The position numbers and the translations under genes were made by a program. 64,000 nt of DNA, from assembly GCA_034520565.1 (NCBI GenBank), contig JAXHNL010000002.1, positions 128,001 to 192,000 on the forward strand, written 5' to 3'. Of the stretch, positions 19,632-30,082 are shown in pieces; the stretch's first letter is position 1; each line of letters begins with the position of its first letter. The notes beneath the pieces were generated by a model. The model ran no database searches and was not told the origin of the DNA. It saw nothing but the letters and a program-made list of their open reading frames with translations. The DNA comes from Halodesulfurarchaeum sp. (lineage in GTDB: Archaea > Halobacteriota > Halobacteria > Halobacteriales > Halobacteriaceae).

Positions 19632-21557
19632 ATGGCTCACGAAGTGACGGTGTCTTTCGATCCCTGGGAGGTGGCGGTTGCCGTCGAGGCCGGCGAGACG
19701 ATTCTCGACGCGGCCGAAGCGGGAAACGTCGGAATCGAGGCTCTCTGTGGCGGGAACGGGTTGTGTGGGACCTGTGCGGTACAGGTCGACGGAGCGGATC
19801 CCCCACTCTCCCCGCTCGATCCGGACGAGGAAGACGTCCTCGACGCCGAAGCCATCGCGGACGGTTACCGACTCGGCTGTCGAGCGGCCGTCGAGGGGGA
19901 TCTCTCGGTCTTCGTCCCCGCGGCCTCACGGAGCGAGGGCGAGATCGTGATGACGGAGGGCCAGGAGATCGACTTCGAACACGATCCGGCCATCCGCCGG
20001 TACCAGCTCACGGTTCCCGCGCCGACACTCGAAGAGACACTCCCCGATCGCGAACGGCTCATCGACGGGCTAGCGGCGGAGTACGACCTCGCGATCACCG
20101 ACGTCGACATGGAAGCGCTCACCACGCTCCCGTCGACGATCCGGGAAGGCGAAACGGACAACGAATTTCGAACAACCGCGACCGTGTACAGTGGCGAAGA
20201 AATTCTGGGCGTCGATCCGGGTCGGCCCGGTCACGCCTACGGCCTTGGGATCGACATCGGGACGACCACCCTCGCGATCTATTTGTTGGATCTCCAGTCC
20301 GGCGAGCAGGTGGCCGTGGACTCCAAGCTCAACCCCCAGAGTACCCACGGCGGGGACATCATCAGCCGGGTCCAGTATGCGAGCCAGGAACCCGGCGGGA
20401 AGGCCGAACTTCAGGAGGAGATCCTCGGAGCGATAAACGACAGCATCGCCGAGGTTGCCTCGACGGCCGACATCGACCCGACGGACATCTACGAGGCCGT
20501 CTTCGTCGGCAATACCGCCATGCATCACCTCTTTTTGGGGATCGACGCCGGTCCCGTCGCGGCGAGTCCGTACGTCCCCGGCGCCCAGTCGATTCTCCGA
20601 ACGACGGCGAGAGAACTCGACCTCGACGTGAACCCCTCCGCGTCGGTCTCCTGGCTGCCGATCATCGGCGGCTGGGTGGGGCCGGATTTCGTGGCCGACC
20701 TGCTCGTCGCCGGCGTCCTCGACCGGGAGGAGACCGTCCTTGCCATCGACATCGGGACGAACGGCGAGATCGCCGTTTCGGGGCCCGAAAAAACATACGT
20801 CGCCTCCGCACCGGCAGGCCCGGCACTCGAGGGGGCAGAGATCACTCACGGCGTGCGAGCCAAACCGGGCGCGATCGAGACGGTCAGCCTGGAGCCGGAG
20901 ACCTGGGAGCCCGAATTGGGGATCATTGGTGACGAGCCGCCGATGGGGATCTGTGGCTCGGGGATTATTGACGTCGTGGCCCAGCTCTTTCTCGTCGGGG
21001 CGATCAACCGTCGGGGCCGGCTGATCGACCCGGAGGAGGGGCAGGGTCGGATCCGCGAGACCGAGGATGGCGATCGGGAGTTCGTGCTCGTAGAAGCAGC
21101 CGAGGCAGACATCGACGAGGATATCGTCGTCTCCCAGGAAGATATCCGGGACATCCAGAACGCGAAGGCCGCGATCCAGACCGGCTCTCACGTCCTGCTC
21201 GAGGAGGCCGGTATCGAGTCCGTCGACACGCTCGTCATGGCTGGCGGCTTTGGCAATTACATCGATCCCGAGTCGGCGAAACTCTTGGGCCTCTATCCGG
21301 AGGTCGACGTCGACGACGTCGAGTTCCTCGGGAACGCGGCGGGGTACGGGGCGATGTACGCCCTCCTGAACGAGGGAGCCCGCGAGGAGGCCGAACACAT
21401 CGTCTCGGCGGTCGAATACGTCGAACTCGCCGCCTGGGAGGGCTTTCACGACCTCTTCATGGGCGCGATGTACCTGCCCCATCGGGAGTTCGATCGGTAT
21501 CCCGGGGTGAAATCGAAAGTCGAAGCGGCCCGTGGGGGTCCGATCGACGAGCTCTGA
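19632..21557 (+). CDS. ASKHA-domain reductive activator of corrinoid proteins (RACo/RamA/MtoD-like)
   Basis: N-terminal 2Fe-2S motif CGGNGLCGTC...RLGC; DIGTTT, NPQ..GGDIISR, DIGTNGE, AGPALEG, GICGSG, AGGFG, GNAA. Confidence 0.9.
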   Translation: MAHEVTVSFDPWEVAVAVEAGETILDAAEAGNVGIEALCGGNGLCGTCAVQVDGADPPLSPLDPDEEDVLDAEAIADGYRLGCRAAVEGDLSVFVPAASRSEGEIVMTEGQEIDFEHDPAIRRYQLTVPAPTLEETLPDRERLIDGLAAEYDLAITDVDMEALTTLPSTIREGETDNEFRTTATVYSGEEILGVDPGRPGHAYGLGIDIGTTTLAIYLLDLQSGEQVAVDSKLNPQSTHGGDIISRVQYASQEPGGKAELQEEILGAINDSIAEVASTADIDPTDIYEAVFVGNTAMHHLFLGIDAGPVAASPYVPGAQSILRTTARELDLDVNPSASVSWLPIIGGWVGPDFVADLLVAGVLDREETVLAIDIGTNGEIAVSGPEKTYVASAPAGPALEGAEITHGVRAKPGAIETVSLEPETWEPELGIIGDEPPMGICGSGIIDVVAQLFLVGAINRRGRLIDPEEGQGRIRETEDGDREFVLVEAAEADIDEDIVVSQEDIRDIQNAKAAIQTGSHVLLEEAGIESVDTLVMAGGFGNYIDPESAKLLGLYPEVDVDDVEFLGNAAGYGAMYALLNEGAREEAEHIVSAVEYVELAAWEGFHDLFMGAMYLPHREFDRYPGVKSKVEAARGGPIDEL

Positions 21558-21662
21558 GGCTACAAAAATATAAGTGCTCTTCGAGCGAAATTAACTCGTA
21601 CAGAATCCGAGAAGTGCTTGGAACTCCCGCCGGAAAGACACCGAACACACACGACAGAGACC

Positions 21663-22952
21663 ATGACAGACGAATTCGACGTAACACTGGAGAACTGGGA
21701 ACAGGGGAAGGGAATCGACTTCGAGGACGAGGCGGCTCGCGAGGCCTATCAGGCGCGGGCGGGCCGGCTGGCCACGGCGATCCGCGGGGGCACCCCCGAC
21801 CGCATTCCGACGGTCTTGAGCGCGACGTTTTACCCGGTCTTCCACGCCGGGATCACCCCCGAAACCGCGATGAACGATGCGGCGAAGCTCGCTGCGGCAC
21901 TCGAGGAGACTGTCACCGACCTCGAGCCGGACGGCCAGCAAACCACGGCCGCACTGTTGCCCTCCGCGAAGATGCTCGACATGTTGGACTACAAGCTCTA
22001 CGCGTGGCCAGGCGACGGTGCCTCGCCCACAACTGGATACCAGGCGTTGGAAGACGACTACATGGGAACCGACGATTACGAGCACTTCGTTCGTGATCCA
22101 ACCGACTTCTGGCTGCGGGAGTACATCCCCGAAATCGTCGGCGCGCTCGACGGGTTCAGGCAGTTGCCCAAATTCACCGACCTCGTCGAGATTCCGAACA
22201 TCCACTTCATGGCGATGATGTTCGGACTCCCGGAGGTCCAGGAGTCCCTGGAGACGCTGATGGAGGCCGGCGAAGAGGCCCTTCGATGGCAGGAGATCGT
22301 CGAAGGACGAGCCCAGAACATCATCGAACAGGGGTACCCCCGCTCATTCGGTGGCTTCTCCAAAGCACCCTACGACGTGATCGCCGACACGCTCCGGGGG
22401 ACCCAGGGGGCGTCGATGGACCTCAAGCGCAAACCCGATGAGCTGCTCGAGGCGACCGAATCGCTGATTCCGACGATGATCGACATGGGGATCCGATCCG
22501 CCCACGGGGCAGGCAATCCGCTCGTTTTCATCCCGCTTCACAAGGGGGCCGACGGCTTCATGTCGGAAGCGGAGTTCGAGGACTTTTACTGGGGGCCACT
22601 TCGACAGGTCATCGGCGGTCTCACCGATGTGGGCCTCGTCCCCTGGCTCTTCGCGGAGGGTGGATACAACAACCGCCTCGACGCCATCTCGGACCAGCCC
22701 GACGGGAACATCGTCTGGCAGTTCGACCGGACCGACATGGTCGAAGCCAAAAAGACCCTCGAGGGGCAGGCCGCAATCGCCGGGAACGTCCACAGTTCGT
22801 TGCTCAACACCGAGACGCCCGAAGACGTCACCGAGTACTGCGAGGAACTGATCGCGGACGTCGGCCCCGATGGGTTCATTCTCGCACCGGGCGTGGCTCT
22901 CGACGAAGCCGAACCCGAGAACGTCCGGGCGATGATCGATTCGGTGAAATAA
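21663..22952 (+). CDS. UroD-fold methyltransferase, MtvB/MtoB-like MT1 (copy 1)
   Basis: PDRIP, WPGDG, APYDVIADTLRG, FIPLHKGADGFMS..EFEDFYW, FAEG, IAGNV, GFILAPG, PENV; adjacent to RACo and corrinoid genes. Confidence 0.75.
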   Translation: MTDEFDVTLENWEQGKGIDFEDEAAREAYQARAGRLATAIRGGTPDRIPTVLSATFYPVFHAGITPETAMNDAAKLAAALEETVTDLEPDGQQTTAALLPSAKMLDMLDYKLYAWPGDGASPTTGYQALEDDYMGTDDYEHFVRDPTDFWLREYIPEIVGALDGFRQLPKFTDLVEIPNIHFMAMMFGLPEVQESLETLMEAGEEALRWQEIVEGRAQNIIEQGYPRSFGGFSKAPYDVIADTLRGTQGASMDLKRKPDELLEATESLIPTMIDMGIRSAHGAGNPLVFIPLHKGADGFMSEAEFEDFYWGPLRQVIGGLTDVGLVPWLFAEGGYNNRLDAISDQPDGNIVWQFDRTDMVEAKKTLEGQAAIAGNVHSSLLNTETPEDVTEYCEELIADVGPDGFILAPGVALDEAEPENVRAMIDSVK

Positions 22953-23099
22953 GGGGCGCCCACGCTTCTTTAGTCCTGTCGAGTTCACGCGGGGGACGGA
23001 AACACTCCGTGCCATCACGGACGTTTTCCCAAAAGCTGAATTGATAAAGCGAAAGTAAAACTGCGTATATCGGAGTTTAGCGGGCTCGAGGGCCCAAAA

Positions 23100-23105
23100 T
23101 TATAA
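23100..23105 (+). promoter_or_regulatory. Probable TATA box for the corrinoid protein gene
   Basis: TTATAA preceded by an A-rich stretch, about 35 nt upstream of ATG 23138, in otherwise GC-rich DNA. Confidence 0.4.
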
Positions 23106-23137
23106 TATCATTGTATTCCAATATATAACGGAGTTCG

Positions 23138-23803
23138 ATGTCACAAGAATTCGTAAACGCACTGGCCGATCTCGAGGAGGAGCGAGCGATCGAAATAGCC
23201 GAAGCACGACTCGAGGCGGGTGAGGACCCCCTCGACGTGCTCGACGATCTGAAAAAGGGAATGGGCATCGTCGGTGATCGGTACGCCGACGACGAGTACT
23301 TCATTCCCGACCTGATGTACGCCGGGGAGATCATCGAACAGATCTCCGAGCTGCTCCAGGACCAAATGCCCGAACAGGAGGATGAGTCGATCGGAACCGT
23401 CGTCCTCGGGACCGTCAAGGAAGACATCCACGACATCGGCAAGGATCTCGTCTACTTCATGTTCGACCTCAACGGCTTCAACGTCGTCGACCTCGGCGTC
23501 GACGTCCCGATTCAGGACTTCGTCGACGCCGTCGAGGAGCACGATCCCGAAATCGTCGCGCTCAGTGGCTTCCTCACCGCCGCCTTCGACTCGATGAAGG
23601 AGACCGTCGAGGCACTCGAGGAAGCAGGACTCGTCGAGGAGTTCGACGAGGACGGGATCCGCGATGGCACGAAGGTCATGATCGGCGGGGGCCAGATTAC
23701 AGACGACGTCCGGAATTACGCCCGGGCCGATGGCTTCGAAACCGATGCGCCAGCCGGGGTTACGCTCGCGAAGCAATGGACGGAAGCGAAAATGGAGGCC
23801 TGA
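23138..23803 (+). CDS. Corrinoid (B12-binding) protein, MttC/MtoC-like (copy 1)
   Basis: Cap domain GM.IVGDRY...YFIPDL; DIHDIGK (DxHxxG), LGVDVP, KVMIGG. Confidence 0.92.
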   Translation: MSQEFVNALADLEEERAIEIAEARLEAGEDPLDVLDDLKKGMGIVGDRYADDEYFIPDLMYAGEIIEQISELLQDQMPEQEDESIGTVVLGTVKEDIHDIGKDLVYFMFDLNGFNVVDLGVDVPIQDFVDAVEEHDPEIVALSGFLTAAFDSMKETVEALEEAGLVEEFDEDGIRDGTKVMIGGGQITDDVRNYARADGFETDAPAGVTLAKQWTEAKMEA

Positions 23804-23805
23804 TC

Positions 23806-25104
23806 ATGGCAGCACAAACTCGATCCGGACCGACCCTCGAATCGTGGATCGAGGGCGAGGAAATCGAATTCGTGGACGAAAAAGCAAAAGCCGACTATCA
23901 GAAGCGGGCCAAACGGTTCGCCGACGCGATTCGTGGCGACCAGCCCGACCGGGTCCCGGTCAATCTGCTCAGTACGTTTTACCCGGTCCTGCACGCCGGG
24001 CACACGCCGGCCGAGGCGATGAACGACGCCGAAATCCTCCAGGATTCGTTGCTCACCTTCGTCGACGACCTCGATCCCGACGTGTTTCCGTGGGCGCTCC
24101 CGACGGTCCCATCGGCAGCGGCGCTGGAAACCGTTGAGTACCAGGGCTTCGACTGGCCGGGGGACGGCTCCGCCCCGGAAACGGTCTATCAGGCAAAAGA
24201 GCAGGATTACATGACCGTCGAGGATTACGACGCCTTCCTCAAAGACCCGTCAGACTACCTCCTCCGGGGCTACCTTCCGGAGACGTTCGGGACACTCGGG
24301 GGGATGGCTCAGTTCCCAAAACCCATCAACCTCACCTTCGGGATCGCCGGCGTCCATCCGTTCCTCCTGCCGTTCGGCCTCCCGCCAGTTCGTGAAGCAC
24401 TCGAAACGTTACTCGAGGCCGGTGAGGAAGCGATGGCCTGGCAGCAAGCCGTTGGAAGCACGGTCGCGGAGATCCAGGCCAGTGGCTATCCCCAGAGCTT
24501 CGGTGGCATTACGCTCGCCCCCTACGACATGCTTGGAGACATGCTGCGAGGGACCCGGGGCATCATGAGTGACCTCAAACGTCGGCCGGATCAGTTGCTC
24601 GAGGCGATCGAGCGGATCACTCCGCTGGCCATCGAAAACGGCATCGTCTCGGCCAACGTGGTGAACAACCCGCTGGTGTTCATCCCGCTTCACAAGGGGG
24701 CCGACGGGTTCATGTCTCCAGCGGAGTTCGAAGAGTTCTACTGGCCGTCGCTGCGAGCGGTCATCGAGGCCCTCCTCGACTTGGATCTCGTGCCGTGGCT
24801 CTTTGCCGAGGGGTGCTACGAGACCCGGCTGGAGACGATCAGTGATCTGCCCGAGGGGGATATGGTCTGGCACTTCCAGGACATCGACATGGGCCGGGCG
24901 AAGGACCTCCTGGGCGATCAGGCGTGTATCGCAGGCAACGTGCCGACGTCGCTCCTGAACACCCGAGAACCCGAAGCCGTCACGGAATACTGCGAGGACC
25001 TGCTTTCGACGGTCGGGACCGAGGGGTTCGTCCTGGCCCCCGGCGTCGGCCTCGACGAGGCAAAGCCCGAGAACGTCGAAGCGATGTTCCAGGCCGTCAG
25101 ATAA
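23806..25104 (+). CDS. UroD-fold methyltransferase, MtvB/MtoB-like MT1 (copy 2)
   Basis: Paralog of 21663: PDRVP, WPGDG, APYDMLGDMLRG, FIPLHKGADGFMS, IAGNVP, PENV. Confidence 0.75.
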   Translation: MAAQTRSGPTLESWIEGEEIEFVDEKAKADYQKRAKRFADAIRGDQPDRVPVNLLSTFYPVLHAGHTPAEAMNDAEILQDSLLTFVDDLDPDVFPWALPTVPSAAALETVEYQGFDWPGDGSAPETVYQAKEQDYMTVEDYDAFLKDPSDYLLRGYLPETFGTLGGMAQFPKPINLTFGIAGVHPFLLPFGLPPVREALETLLEAGEEAMAWQQAVGSTVAEIQASGYPQSFGGITLAPYDMLGDMLRGTRGIMSDLKRRPDQLLEAIERITPLAIENGIVSANVVNNPLVFIPLHKGADGFMSPAEFEEFYWPSLRAVIEALLDLDLVPWLFAEGCYETRLETISDLPEGDMVWHFQDIDMGRAKDLLGDQACIAGNVPTSLLNTREPEAVTEYCEDLLSTVGTEGFVLAPGVGLDEAKPENVEAMFQAVR

Positions 25105-25174
25105 TCTTTAGGTCCCTTGGAGTTCCACTTTTTGGAGGACCATACCGGGAAATTAAAAATCGAGAGTCGGTTCG

Positions 25175-26504
25175 TTACTCCTGGCGGGAGAGTCGCAACC
25201 CGTAGACTGCAGCCAGGAACGATGCTACAAACATCGCCGCTGCCAACAGCAATGCTTCGCCATACCCGCCAAAGAAGTCCGCCATGTACCCGAAGAGAAC
25301 AGGCCCGATGGCAAGCCCGGCCCCCACGGAAAACGCGTTGATGTAACTCATCACCATACCGACGTTCTTGCGTCCGAAGAGGGCCGGAACGGCAGCAAAG
25401 TGAAGGATCGGTTGCCCGGGCGTGATGAGAAACAGGATCACGCCGACGACGTAGACCATCAGCAGATTCGAATACGTGAAGTAGAACACCACAAAAATGA
25501 TTGCAGCTAACAGGTAATTTAACCTGAGTGCTCGCGCACGGATCCCCGAGTCTGTCCATCGCCTCCCCCCAGCCCAGCGCAGCAACAATGCCGACGACAC
25601 CGGACATCGCGAAGAAGGTGGGGACAGTGTTACTCGCAATGGTGTCCGGATTGTGGCCGGTTTGACTGAGACCGTCGATCAGGATTGTTGCAATGTTCTG
25701 CAGGAATCCCATGTAGGCAGCGGCAGCGAAAAACATCGCGACGAAGAGTACCCAGAACTTCGCGGTCCTGGCAGCTTCGCCGATGGTGTACTCGCCCCGA
25801 TCGATGTCCGACTCGGGTTCGGCCTCCGGTTCTTCGTCCGATTCGTCCGAGGTTTCGACTTCGAGTTTTCCCGATTCGATCTCCTCCTGCGTCGGGTTTC
25901 GCCACAGCGCGAACCCGAGGACGGCCGTCGCCACGCCACCGGTGGCACCCATCGCGAGAAACACGTCCGCCCCGAATCCGAAAAAGGTGATCAGGAACGT
26001 CGCGAACGGAGCCAGCAGTAATCGTCCGAGGGCTCCACCGAGATTCCCGATTGCCATCGCCCGACCGAGACGGTCACCCCGAAACCATCGGGAAACGGTC
26101 GGGTTCGCCGCCCCCTGTGCCATCCCGGCACCGACGCCGACGATAAAACTCCCCGCGTACCAGGACCACTTTGCCGTCGCCCAATCGTCGGTCGCGAACA
26201 TCACGCCGATGAGCACGAATCCGGCAAAGAACAGTACCGCCGCAAGCCCCAGTGGAACCTTCGGATTATCCATCCAATCGAGAATCGTCCCGGCGATCGG
26301 GGGTCCGATAACCATCGTCCCCACACTGAGTGCAGAGGCACCGATCGCTATTGGCCCGATCACGTCGATGCTAAAGGAGTCTTGAATGAACGGAAACCAA
26401 ATCGACCAGATGCCGGACACTGTGAGCAGTGCTCGAAAAGCTGTTCCTGAGATGGGGTAGTACCATCTCTTATCCGCACCAACACCCTTGTTGAACAATC
26501 CCAT
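25175..26504 (-). pseudogene. MFS transporter with a 1-bp frameshift near 25540 (pseudogene or sequencing error)
   Basis: N-part to ...AMDRLGDP lies in ORF 24918..26504; C-part RALRLNYLLAAIIFVV...GPVLFGYMADFFGGY lies in ORF 25175..25639. Confidence 0.7.
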
Positions 26505-26725
26505 TGTCCATTAATTTCCTTTAATTTCCTTAGATATATAGTTTATCCTCACCATAAATTGGGTATCTGAAGGTGTATTTCCGGCATAAACCGTGATTAT
26601 CGGATCAAAGATCGACATTTACTCGATCCAAAACTACACTATCTAATTCCGATTTGTGCTATTTTCAACAAATTAATAATGGAAATGCGGGAGATATTGA
26701 AATGATTTTCAGTCGAGAGCTAAAG

Positions 26726-27312
26726 ATGGCACATTTCGGTCAGGACGGTGTCGGCCCTGATAGAAGGTGGTTTTGCCCGATTTCCGGACGGACGTTCAGG
26801 TTCTTCCTTGCGTCCCTCGGAATATGGTCCCTCTTTTTCCCCATACATTATGGACGAATTTAGTCTCGAAGTAGTCACTCCGGTTGCTATCGACTCGTCA
26901 ACAGCGGGTGTCGGAGTAATGGTTCTGGGACCGCCAGTTTCTGAGACAGTTCTCGATAAAATAAAAGCCCCAAAGTTCCTCCTTAGAGCTTGCTGCGGTT
27001 GTCTTCGGCGGAGACGCCCTCCTATTGGCGTTACTGTTGAATGTAGACACCTAGACAACGGCAAGTGGTACTGGTACCTCCTCCTGGGTATCGGTGCCGT
27101 GATGTTCCTCTTCTTCGGTGGTGAACCAGTGGTCAACGTCTCCACGGTTCCACATCTCTTCGCCAGTCCAAACATTGAAATGGAAATGGTTTCCTCAACG
27201 CGTTCTCGGTAGGCACGAGAATTGTGCTCGGTCCAACGGTGATGGCCTATCTATCAGACTTTACCGGATCATACATGTGGCCGCTCGTTTTGGCGCTCCT
27301 ATTACGGTTTGA
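26726..27312 (+). pseudogene. Degraded MFS transporter paralog (frameshifts plus large internal deletion)
   Basis: GVGPDRRWFCPISG..FRFFLASLGIWSLFFP / YIMDEFSLEVVTPVAI...GPPVSETVLD / KWYWY then jumps to C-terminal-like VPHLF; collinear with both ends of the 26504 MFS. Confidence 0.7.
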
Positions 27313-27454
27313 ATCGACTAGATTGCCCGGTATGGGATATTATGCGAGCCGTTGAAAATCCGCTCAGTTTTTTTCGTCATATGAAATAGCAGAAGATTAC
27401 ATCCCGGCAATAATTGTCGATAGAACTAAGAGGAGATGAATGTAAGCAAGTAAC

Positions 27455-28768
27455 ATGGGTCAGACTTACGACCTGAAGAACCATCCGTCAGGAGGCGAAT
27501 TGTGGCAAAAATGGGAATCAGGCAGCGATATTGATTTTGTTGACGACGAAGCTCAAGAAACTTACCAACGTCGAGCAACACGGATCCGTAAAGCGATCGA
27601 ACTCAAGGAACCCGACAGGATTCCGGTCCGCTTGGGGGCCGGCTTTCTCGCCGGCCACCTAGCCGACGTGACCTTCGAGGAGATGATGTATGACGCGGAA
27701 AAGGCGAAAAAGGCCATGCGACAGTATAAGGCCGAATTCAAACCGGATCTGAACCCGGTCACGCCACAACCCAGCGGGGAAATGCTGGACACGCTTGGAG
27801 TCGAGTTCTATGACTGGCCGGGGGATGGTCTCAAAGAAAACGTGGGGTATCAAGCGCTCGAAGACGAATACCTTCCCCCCGAGGAGTACGACGAGTTCAT
27901 TGCCGATGTCGAAGGGTGGATGTTGAAGAAATACATGCCGCGGGTGTTTTCCAATCTCGAGGGACTACAGCACCTCCCACAGTTTCTCAGTACGATAGAA
28001 CTCCCCTTCCTCGGCCCCACGTTTTCTGCGTTCGCTAATCCCGATCTTCAGGAAGCGCTTCAAACGTTGATGGAAGCAGGAGAGCAAGGGGCTGCATGGG
28101 GTCAAGAAGTCGGTTCAATAGCTGCAGAAGCAAACGCAGAGGGATTCCCATCAGGTCTGGGAGGGTTCGGAAAGGCCCCCTTCGACATCATTGGAGACAC
28201 GATAAGAGGTACCAGGCCAACGATGGTTGATATGCGTAAACGTCCGGAAAAACTCAAGGAGGCTACGGAAGCTCTCGTCCCTCACGCAATCAAACAGGCC
28301 GTCGGAGGGCCTCTCGCTTCAGGCACACCAATGAACATCTTCGTCCTCCACAAAGGCGACGACTCGTTCATGTCGAAGGAGGATTTCAAGGAGTTCTACT
28401 GGCCGACACTCAAGAAAGTCGTCGATGCGGTCATCGATCGTGGAATCGTTCCCTGGATGTTCGCGGAGGGACGGTATAATGAACGATTAGAAATCGTTGC
28501 AAACGATCATCCCGACGGTCCGATTGTTTGGTACTTCGATAAGACCGATATGAGGCGGGCCAAGGAAATTCTCGGTGACAAAGCGGCCATCGCTGGCAAT
28601 GTCCCCACCGATATCATCAAAACTGGGGATCCAGAGGATGTCGAAGCCTACTGTAAAGATCTTATCGAAGACGTGGGCCCGGAGGGCTTCATTCTCACGC
28701 CCGGTGTGACAGTTTATCGGGCCCCACCCGAAAACCTTCACGCGATCATCGATTCCGTTAAGGAGTAA
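27455..28768 (+). CDS. UroD-fold methyltransferase, MtvB/MtoB-like MT1 (copy 3; visibly lower GC)
   Basis: PDRIPV, YDWPGDG, KAPFDIIGDTIRG, FVLHKGDDSFMS..FKEFYWPTL, FAEG, IAGNVP, PENL. Confidence 0.75.
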   Translation: MGQTYDLKNHPSGGELWQKWESGSDIDFVDDEAQETYQRRATRIRKAIELKEPDRIPVRLGAGFLAGHLADVTFEEMMYDAEKAKKAMRQYKAEFKPDLNPVTPQPSGEMLDTLGVEFYDWPGDGLKENVGYQALEDEYLPPEEYDEFIADVEGWMLKKYMPRVFSNLEGLQHLPQFLSTIELPFLGPTFSAFANPDLQEALQTLMEAGEQGAAWGQEVGSIAAEANAEGFPSGLGGFGKAPFDIIGDTIRGTRPTMVDMRKRPEKLKEATEALVPHAIKQAVGGPLASGTPMNIFVLHKGDDSFMSKEDFKEFYWPTLKKVVDAVIDRGIVPWMFAEGRYNERLEIVANDHPDGPIVWYFDKTDMRRAKEILGDKAAIAGNVPTDIIKTGDPEDVEAYCKDLIEDVGPEGFILTPGVTVYRAPPENLHAIIDSVKE

Positions 28769-28983
28769 ATCTACGCACTCGGAGGGGGTTTTTCGATATC
28801 GTGAGGGAGGAAGCCGAAAGTAATCCCCTAATTGATTGCCTTGTTTTATCCTGTCCGTGGTTACTAAACGTCAAAGCTTACCCTCGAATACTGTTCGCTG
28901 ATTTCCCCAATTCCGAGCCCATCATCAGTGGGATCGGGCAGTCAAAGAACGGACTACTCCCAAAGTCGGATAGCGATCTTTGA

Positions 28984-30004
28984 CCGTCTTGGCCCCGTCG
29001 ATATCCCGGCAACGTCGGCGATATTCTTGGCTACGAAGTGTACGACTGGCCCGGAAATGGCCTCACAGCAGACATGGGTTTCCAGACGAACGAAGGCGAG
29101 TACATGAAAGCCGACGAATACGACGAGCTCATTGCGGACCCCATCCGGTACATGCTGACGAAGTGGTATCTCCGGGCGTTCGACGAGCTCGAGGGACTCG
29201 CCCAGTGGCCGCTTACGACGTACGCGACCGAGTTGACCCTGTTGCCGTTCGAGACGACCGTGTTCGGCACCGAACCGATGCAGCAGGCCCACGACGCCCT
29301 CAAAGAGGCCATCGAGGCGACCCTCCAGTGGAATCAGACCGTCGGGGCCGTTCAGATCAAGGGGAACATGCAGAGATACCCGTCGACGGCGGGTGGGATC
29401 GGAAAGGCGCCCTTCGACGTGCTCGGTGACACCCTTCGGGGGACCCGCAACGTCATGATCGACATGCGAAAGCGTCCGGAGGAGGTAAAGGCCACGGCAG
29501 AAGCGCTCGTTCCAGAAATGATCCAGATGGCCATCGAGGGGCCAAAGCAATCCGGCCTGCCCTTCACGATGTTCGTCCTGCACAAGGGGGCTGACAGCTT
29601 CATGTCCGATGCGGACTGCCGCGAGTTCTACTGGCCGACGCTCAAGATGGTGATGCAGGCGGTCATGGACGAGGGCATCGTCCCGTGGATGTTCGCCGAG
29701 GGAAGTTACGAGGGCCGTCTGGACCTGATCGCGGAAGACCAGCCCGACGGCAAAGTCGTCTGGCACTTCGATCAGACCGACATGGCCCTGGCCAAGGAGA
29801 AACTCGGCGACGAAGCCACGATCGCGGGTAACGTTCCGACTGGCTACATCAAGACCGGCACGCCGGGAAAAAGTGCGGACCTACTGCGAAGACCTCATCG
29901 AGAGCGCCGGACCAGAGGAGTTTTTGCTCACGCCCGGCGCGACGGTCTATCGCGGTCCGGAGGAGAACCTTCAGGCCATCATCGACACGGCGAAGAACGC
30001 GTAA
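28984..30004 (+). pseudogene. UroD-fold methyltransferase copy 4, 5'-truncated and frameshifted
   Basis: Homology begins at ...DILGYEVYDWPG after an in-frame TGA at 28981; about 100 N-terminal aa missing; shift near 29865 restores EKVRTYCEDLIE...TPGATVYRGPEENLQAIID with TAA ending at 30004. Confidence 0.75.
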
Positions 30005-30082
30005 ATCGGTCACGGACAGTTTTCTGATTGAACCTCAAGAAATCCGACACCGTCGAGGTCGGGAAAGGCCGAGGCGGAGTCG

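Noticed and set aside
21663-28768. Annotation as uroporphyrinogen decarboxylase (hemE)
   Set aside because: No RQAGR motif, multiple paralogs, and corrinoid/RACo context
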